Shown: positions 57,429 through 64,000 of the stretch, piece after piece
Numbering within the stretch: position 1 is the stretch's first letter
Layout: each line of letters opens with the position of its first letter
Assembly: GCF_000142905.1 (NCBI RefSeq)
Contig: NW_013657661.1
Location: forward strand, 372,001-436,000
From: Thecamonas trahens ATCC 50062
Lineage: Eukaryota > Protista > Apusomonadida
Reading direction: 5' to 3'
Length of the DNA stretch: 64,000 nucleotides
Position numbers and translations under genes: made by a program
The notes under the pieces: model-generated
What the model was told of the DNA's origin: nothing
The model's input: only the letters and a program-made list of their open reading frames with translations
Database searches by the model: none

Positions 57429-58577
57429 CTACATCGGTGCAAGGCCACTGTCGTCGAGGGCAGTGACGACAAGGCAGCCGTCGTCAGAGACGGTGATGAG
57501 TGATGAGTTCGAGATGTCGACGCCGACCGGCCACGACGTGAGCTCGACATGGCCTGGGGCCGGCAGCTCTCCGCCTGGATACGACCGGATGGCCACCTTT
57601 GGCGAGGCGGTGGCGATGGCGAGACGGGTCGGGGAGGTGGCAAGCGCAAATACGGCGGTGGTGAGGGCGGCAAAGACCGGGAGAGGGCGGCTCTCGGCGG
57701 CCAGATCCTCGGCAGTGGCGCGGTGGACGACGCCGTCAGCGGTGCCGATGATCACCGCGCCATCGGGCGCGAGGGCGAGCGCTGTGATGGCCACATCAAG
57801 CGACCGGGCCCACACCACGGCTGCATCTGCTAGCGCCAGCAGGCACGTCCCCGATGCGACCAGCACCAGCGGGGGGCCGTCGGGTCGGGCGCGAAAGAGC
57901 GTGATGGCGGGCGGCGCGAGCGAGGTCTCCAGTGCTGCGACGGCCGCCGCCACGTGAGCGTCTCGGCTCGGGCCGTCAGCCGGCTCACCCGGTGGCGGGA
58001 CTAGCGATCTCAGGGAGATGTCAGCAAGTCTCACCACAAACATGACACACCGTGCGTCAAACGCCACCACCGATCCATCTAGCAGCGCAGCGTAAGCAAG
58101 GTTGGAGGCAGGAATGCCGCCCAGTACGCCACTTCCGGTCCCGGCCGCGGTGGCGTCCGGAAGCGGCGCAGCGAGAGCCACCACCGACGCGTCGCCCAGG
58201 GCATGATGGGCTAGGACTGACCCTGTACTTGCGCCGACCACCGCCACAGCGCCAGCATCATCGCCCACCAGCAGATCCTGTGCCGCAAGACCTGAGAGCC
58301 ATCCGGCAGCGAGAGCGGTGATGGGCCCGGTCTTTGCATCGATCCGGGCGAGCAGCCGCAAGTTCTTGTCCTTCCCCGACCCAGTCTCAGCACCAGTCCC
58401 ACTCACCCCGTCCACCATACCCAGTCTCAGCACCTCGACATGGCCCGTGCTCTCGCCGACGGCCACGGCCGACTCTCCGGCCTCACCCCATGCCATGCTT
58501 GCAACACACGTCGCCTCCCTCCCGGCACCCTGTGCAACCTGCTGTTGCCAACTGCACTCTGCTGCTGAGCTCGCCAT
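57429..58577 (-). CDS. Uncharacterised beta-propeller (WD40-like) protein
   Basis: Repeated strand motifs VAVGESTGHVEV, GPITALA, LLVGDDAGAVAV, ITALALAPDGAVIIGTADGVV, LITVSDDGCLVV. Confidence 0.7.
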   Translation of the reverse strand: MASSAAECSWQQQVAQGAGREATCVASMAWGEAGESAVAVGESTGHVEVLRLGMVDGVSGTGAETGSGKDKNLRLLARIDAKTGPITALAAGWLSGLAAQDLLVGDDAGAVAVVGASTGSVLAHHALGDASVVALAAPLPDATAAGTGSGVLGGIPASNLAYAALLDGSVVAFDARCVMFVVRLADISLRSLVPPPGEPADGPSRDAHVAAAVAALETSLAPPAITLFRARPDGPPLVLVASGTCLLALADAAVVWARSLDVAITALALAPDGAVIIGTADGVVHRATAEDLAAESRPLPVFAALTTAVFALATSPTRLAIATASPKVAIRSYPGGELPAPGHVELTSWPVGVDISNSSLITVSDDGCLVVTALDDSGLAPM

Positions 58578-58771
58578 GTACTCGTGGCAGTATTTGGTGG
58601 AAGGGGGGGGGGGGGGGAGGAGGGGTGGAGGGAGGAAGGGGGGTTGGTCGGGCGGAGGGGGGGGGGCGACGGGTGGCGGACGGGCGGGAGGCAAGGCAAC
58701 CGAGACATGCGACGGAGCAAACGTGTTACACATCGATTCATGGACGTGAGTGGTGTTCATTCGACTGATGG

Positions 58772-61700
58772 TTAGAGGAGCGTGACGTCGGTGACAAGAT
58801 CGCCACCGAGGGCCTTGATGTCGGCCACCATGCCGACAATGTCAAAGACGACGGCGTCACCGGATGAGGCGAGGCCGGCGGCCGGTGCCGAGTTAAAGGC
58901 GGCGACGGGCTCGAGCGGGCGGAGACGAGAGGTAGCAGCGAGCTGGTCGGTACGCCAGGCGATGGCAATGATGTCGCGACCGCCGTAGCAGATGGTAGCG
59001 AGTTCGCTGTAGCGGGCCTGGAGCTGGCGAACGAGCCATGCGCCGGGCTCAAAGTTGACGAGGGTGTCCTCCTCGTTGACAAGGTTCTTGTACTTTGAGC
59101 CGGTGGCGGCCTTGAGCTTGGGCGCGTTCTTGAGGGTGACGATGAGGTCAAAGTCAGCGAGCTGAAGGTTGAAGATGGCGTCCCACCAGGCGGGCCTGAC
59201 GTGGCCGCCATGCTCGACGATCTTAGCGAGGAGGTGTGCCGAGGCCTTGGCGAGGCGGACGAGGCGAGCAAGCTCGGTGGAAGTGGGGGCGTTGAGGGTG
59301 ACGAGCGGACCTGCGGAGGCATCGGCGATAAACATGACGACACCATCGGCGCGGGCGACCTTGAAAGCGGCGTAGAGGTCGTTGATGTTGCCGACGGCGA
59401 TGTCGTCGGCAGCGAGGCGGACAATGAGCGGGTCGAGCTCCCAGTCAAAGTTGGCCACAAGGTGCAGGACGCGGAGGAGGCCGGGGAGCGGGCTGACAGT
59501 CATGCCCGCGACTGACCACTGGTCGAGCGCGTAGGCGACGATGAGGTCTGCGGCGCGCGACGGGAGCGAGGCCGAGAAGCAGTGGCCGGCGAGCCAGGCC
59601 TTGAAGGCCACGGCTGTGGCCGGGAAGGCCGGGTGGGAGGTGGTAAATGCGTCGAGGGCGGCGGCGTGCTCCGGCGCGCGCTCCTGCACCTCGGTCACCG
59701 CCGCGAGTTCGGCCTCGGCGGCGGCGACAGCCACGTCAGCCGTGGCGTCAGCCTCGTCTGCGTCGTCACCGAGCATGGTCTGAGCCGACCGCGAGCGGAT
59801 GGCGTCGACGCGCTGCTGCAGCATGGCGATCTCGTGCGGGTGGTGGATGACGAGGCGAAAGACAAAGTCTGCAAAGAAGACATCGAGCACCGGGGCGCCC
59901 ATCGGCCCGTGCCCGTTCGAGTCGAGGACGGCTGAGAGCCCGTGCCGGACCTGCAGGGTCTGGGCAAGCTTGATGAGGAAGCCGGCCTTCATGGCCTGGA
60001 ACGCGACAAGGTCCGACGGCCAGTGGGCCGAGGCGCGGAACTGGATGACCATCTCGAGGCCGGTCGCCACGAGGATCCGCCCGTCGCCGGGCTTGAGGAG
60101 CGGACCGGCCGAGGTGGCGGTGAGCGCGGGGCTTGCGGGGCGGACCGACGAGATGTCGAGCGGGAGCGAGGTGATGCCGAGCAAGAGGGTGGATAGCTCC
60201 TGGGCGGCCTTGCGGGCGGCCTTGACGTCGCCGATGTAGCCGTGCCAGTCGCGGCGAGTGTGCGGCTCGACGCCGCCGAGCTCGACCGGGAGCATTGCCA
60301 AGGTCTTGCGGGGAATGCTGCAGTGGAGCTTGAGCAGGTGCTTGACGACAGCGCCGACAATGGCCTCCTGGTGGTTCTCGTACTTGGACCAGACGACAGC
60401 TTCACAGATGGAGCCGTCGACGAACCGACGAAGCTCGGCCTTGGCGCCCCAAAAGGCACGGAAGGCCTCGGCGAGCTCGCCCGAGTCGGCGGATGGGCCC
60501 ATGTCAACGATGCCGATCGAGTGGAGCGGCGCGAGGCGGAGGCCAATCCACAGCGTGTCCGGGCCGTGGCTGCCGCCCATCTGGACGTCAACGCCGACGG
60601 CGCGCTTGCCGAGGCCACGCGTGAGGACCGAGTGGGCGCGCGAGGCGAGTGCGCGGGCAAAGCCGCCCTCGTGGGTGACTCGGCTCTCCTCGCCGGCAAA
60701 GGCGTCGGCCACGTCCGGCAACGGGTGGATGCGGATGATGGTGTCAAAGGTGGCGACAGCTGGGAGATCGCGGGCAAACAGCGAGGCAAAGGCGTCGACA
60801 AGGAGCGAGGGCTGTTCAAGAACCGCCAGCGACCGCTGGGCCGTCCACGACGCCGACGACCACGCCGAGGCGCTCACTCTCCAGGCAAAGTTGTACGAGC
60901 CGGTCGGGTCAAGCAGGGAGACGTCGTAGCCAGCGCCGGCGGCGAGGAGCACCGCGTCGGGTTCGGCCGGCACCGGGCTCTTCACGCCGGCCTTGGACAG
61001 GATGGGACCAATGCCGAGCGGCCAGCCGTCGTCGTCGACCGGCAGCGCGAGAAACATCGGCTGCGGCTCCGGGCCAGCCGCAGCGAGGAACTCGAGCAGA
61101 GCCTTGAACAGCAGGTACGACGAGGTCGAGCGCGGGACCTTGCGCGAGATGAGCAGATGGAGGAGGATGAGCGAGACGTGGAGGCCGGCGAGACGGCCGG
61201 GCACGCCGCATCCTGCGCCCTGGCCGTGCTTGGCGAGCCAGACCTTGGCGAGAACGATGGCACCACGGAGTGCGTCGCCGTAGGTATCGGACGAGGTGGC
61301 GGCATGCAAGAGCGGGAGTTGGCCGGGGAGGATGAGATCCTCGAGAATGGCGGCGTTGTAGAGTGGGGTGGCGGTCGAGAGGCCAAAGTGCGGCTTGCGA
61401 AGGTTGTTGCGGGCCGGGCCAAGCTTGCGGGCCTCAAAGACCGGGGCCGCCGAGTCGAGGACCGGGATGAGCTTGATGGTAAATGGCGTGGCCACTTTCT
61501 TGCCCTCGAACGACTCTGTGTCAGGCCCAATGTGGGAGATGGCGATGATGGGCTTTGTCTCGTCGCCAGCAAAGCCGACGGTCTGGACCTTGGTCTTGGC
61601 GTAGCGCTTGGACTTTGCACGCAGAGCGGCGGCGAGAGCGGTGGCAATCTGGGCCACGTAAGCAGCGCGAGTCGACGGGTAGCGGTTGTTGACGTAGTCT

Positions 61701-62379
61701 TTGGGAATGACCATGGCCGGCGGAATGACAAAGCCAATGTCGACGTTGAGCGCGGGCTTGACGCAGGTCTGAGTGAGGAACGAGCCCACAAGATTGGCGT
61801 CTGTCGGCGGTGGGGTAAGCGGGCCGAGTTCGAGATCAAGCAGAGCGGCGCGGACATCAAACAGAGCCGACTTTGTGGCCTGCGTCCGATCGTAGTCGAT
61901 GGTGACAGCAGCCAGGAGCTCGTCGACCTGCATCTTGAACAGGTTTGACTTGAACAGCTGCTTTGTGTTGCGCAGCTTCTCCAGTTCCTTTCGGGTCGGC
62001 ACCTTGAACTCTTCCTCCTCCTTCTCCGCCATCCCACCAAACCGAGCCTTGTCCACCACCCTCAGCTTGTTATCATACGTCCACGGCACCTTTGCCTTCT
62101 TCTTGCTAGCCTTGCCCGACCACTTCTTCGCCGGTTCACCCCATCATCACCCGAGCAATACGACGACGCAGAAGAAGCATCTGCCGAGTATGAATCCTGA
62201 TCATCATCGGCATTGCTCTTGGACTTGGTGGACTTGGTGGACTTGGTGGACCTGGTGGACCTGGTCATGCTCTCCTCCGATGAGGAGAGTTCGTCAAAGG
62301 AGGCATCCATGACGAGCTCCTGGTCCTGGTCCTGGGTCTGGACCTCTGTGGCCTCTGTCTTCCGCCTGCGCTTCCCCAT
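58772..62379 (-). CDS. NOL6: Nucleolar protein 6 / Utp22 (Nrap); one frame break near the N-terminus
   Basis: LFKSNLFKMQVDELL, VGSF, KDYVNNRY, TPLYNAAIL, FRAFWGAKAELRRFVDGSICEAVVW, FDWELDPLIV. The acidic N-terminal ORF 62062-62379 joins on adding one G at 62139-62142. Confidence 0.93.
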
Positions 62380-62708
62380 AGTGATAGATTACTATGTCTA
62401 TGTGGGGGAAAGTGTGTGGTGTGGTGTGCGAGTGAGGTGTGTCTGTGGGTAGGGTGGTGGCTCGTGCTGGGGTGGGGGGAGGGGGGTGGGGGGAGGGGAT
62501 GGGATGGGGGAGATGGTCCCGACTGGGTNNNNNNNNNNNNNNNNNNNNNNNNNNNNNNNNNNNNNNNNNNNNNNNNNNNNNNNNNNNNNNNNNNNNNNNN
62601 NNNNNNNNNNNNNNNNNNNNNNNNNNNNNNNNNNNNNNNNNNNNNNNNNNNNNNNNNNNNNNNNNNNNNAGAGTCACGCAACGATGGCGGTATATATTCC
62701 AAACATTA

Positions 62709-62871
62709 ATCTCTCTGGCAGATGAAAGTTCGTCGTATGGAATTTCCAGGTCTTGGGCGGTCGCTGCAAGTTCTTTCCTCGGACTTAGTCGTCGCAAGGG
62801 GCTTGCGACTGGTTAGGCCGGTTACTGGCCTAATTAGGGCGGGACATCTGCACGAACTAGGAGGGGGAGAT
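62709..62871 (+). ncRNA. Candidate structured non-coding RNA of unknown family
   Basis: TATATA at 62691, several hairpins and long-range helices with G-U pairs favouring the + strand (see findings). Confidence 0.35.
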
Positions 62872-63177
62872 GGGGATGATCGGGGAGAGGGGGAGAGGGG
62901 ATCGGTGATGGGGGAGGGGGAGGGGGATCGGTGATGGGGGATGGGGTGAGGGGTGAGGGAGGGGGGGATGTTTGATGATGATGGGTAGGGGGAGCGGGGA
63001 GAGAGGGCCGGCAATGGTGATGGACAGGGGGACAGAGGGTGACGAGCAAGGGGCGGGGAGACGGACAAGGGTGGAGAGTCGGTACACTCGACTGTGTTTG
63101 GTGAGACAGACTCAGGAGGAGGTACAGAGAGAAAGAGAGAGAGAAAGAGAGAAGGTCTGCGTGTGTCTGTCTTGGTC

Positions 63178-63314
63178 ATGGCTCGTAAGAGAGGCAAGCG
63201 TAGCGGAGGTCGAGGTGGCGGCAAGCGGCAGAGAGGCAATAGCGGGCGGTATGTCGACGTCCGGACCAATGCCGCCTTTGAGGCGTACTACAAGGTATGG
63301 TATCGGGTGGATGT

Positions 63315-63346
<32 letters not shown>

Positions 63347-64000
63347 TTGCTGTGGTGGGGACTCATCGATGGCGATGACCGCTTGCCGGACACGGATCTC
63401 TGGGCTGACATGGATGTCTGGCGGACAATGATCGATGCCGGATACGGGCGTAGGCGACTGGCATTGTGGACGAGTCCGAGTGGGAGGCGTTCCTCGCCTG
63501 CCTTCAAGCGCCGCTGCCGACCACGTTTCGTCTGTCGATTGACTCTGAGACGCGGGCCAGGCAGCGCGCGTTTCTTGGCGCCCAGGCGGATGCGCTCGTT
63601 GCGGCTGGCGTCGACGCCAAGTATGTGCCGCGGCCGCTAGAGTGGTTTCCGGACGGGCGGCTGTGGCAGATTGATGCGTGCAGGGGCGAGCTGAAGGCCG
63701 AGCACATGCAGGAGCTGCGGGCGATGCTGATGCGGGAAAACAGTCCGGCGACATCACCCGCCAGGAGGCGGTCTCGATGATCCCGGTCTGCTACCTGGGC
63801 GTCCAGCCCGGGAACCGCGTCGTCGACATGTGCGCCGCTCCGGGCTCCAAGACCTCGCAGATCGTCGAGTGCCTCGGGTGGTCGAGTGACGACGCAGGCT
63901 TTGTCCTCGCCAACGACGCCAACATTCATCGCTGCCAGACGCTGACTGGCCAGTTGCGGCGGCTCAAAAGTGACAAGGCGCTCGTCGTCTCGCACCAGGC
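63178..64000 (+). CDS. NSUN2: tRNA m5C methyltransferase NSUN2/Trm4, 5' part; exons 63178-63294 and 63454 onward; one frame break
   Basis: NAAFEAYYK|ATGIVDESEWEAFLACLQAPLPTTFR; phase-0 GTATGG...GTAG intron 63295-63453. After adding one base at 63737-63740: GDITRQEAVSMIP...VVDMCAAPGSKTSQI...VLAND. Confidence 0.93.

Noticed and set aside
62768-62840. HDV-like ribozyme (TTCCTCG loop) or telomerase template (CCTAACC on the minus strand)
   Set aside because: No P1/P2 partners in HDV order; the template match is only 7 nt and buried in a hairpin.
16400-63780. Pseudogenes or tiny introns as the explanation for the frame breaks
   Set aside because: No other decay in these conserved genes, and single-base repairs restore continuous protein (e.g. 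NSUN2 ...RE-x-QSGDITRQEAVSMIP) without needing splice sites.
25701-64000. Functional clustering (ciliary genes; METTL5/NOL6/NSUN2; vinculin with the FG-GAP receptor)
   Set aside because: Unrelated genes are interspersed and the numbers are too small to distinguish from chance in a compact eukaryotic genome.
1-64000. Transposons, tRNA or rRNA genes
   Set aside because: No transposase/RT motifs, terminal repeats, tRNA cloverleafs or rRNA signatures recognised by eye.

Overview
Gene-dense, GC-rich, intron-poor eukaryotic (protist) nuclear DNA from a draft assembly with six N-gaps. Ciliary genes, a vinculin-family gene and long poly-G/C tracts suggest a flagellate such as the apusomonad Thecamonas (a guess, not demonstrable here). 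About 20 genes are supported: P4-ATPase (3' part), an EF-hand protein, a ~22.8-kb coiled-coil gene of ~7,400 aa with three tandem-repeat arrays, APC10, METTL5, a RINGv E3, OGFOD3, TBC1D31, an atypical kinase, a membrane RING protein, a ~2,400-aa surface receptor, a PEX26/APEM9-like protein, a secreted EEP nuclease, COMMD8, crescerin/TOGARAM, a vinculin-family protein, a beta-propeller protein, NOL6 and NSUN2 (5' part). Main findings: (1) a 'mini-vinculin' with head D1 plus actin-binding tail, no D2-D4, and a C-terminal array of paxillin-type LD motifs; (2) a receptor joining LamG, fibrinogen-like, CCP, two FG-GAP and IPT modules to a polycystin-1-like 5-TM anchor; (3) 13 reading-frame breaks in 8 genes, all fixed by adding one base, mostly in homopolymers (most likely sequencing under-calls, but recoding is testable); (4) a candidate structured ncRNA between NOL6 and NSUN2; (5) convergent gene pairs only 17-65 nt apart. 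All family assignments come from motif recognition by eye, not database searches.
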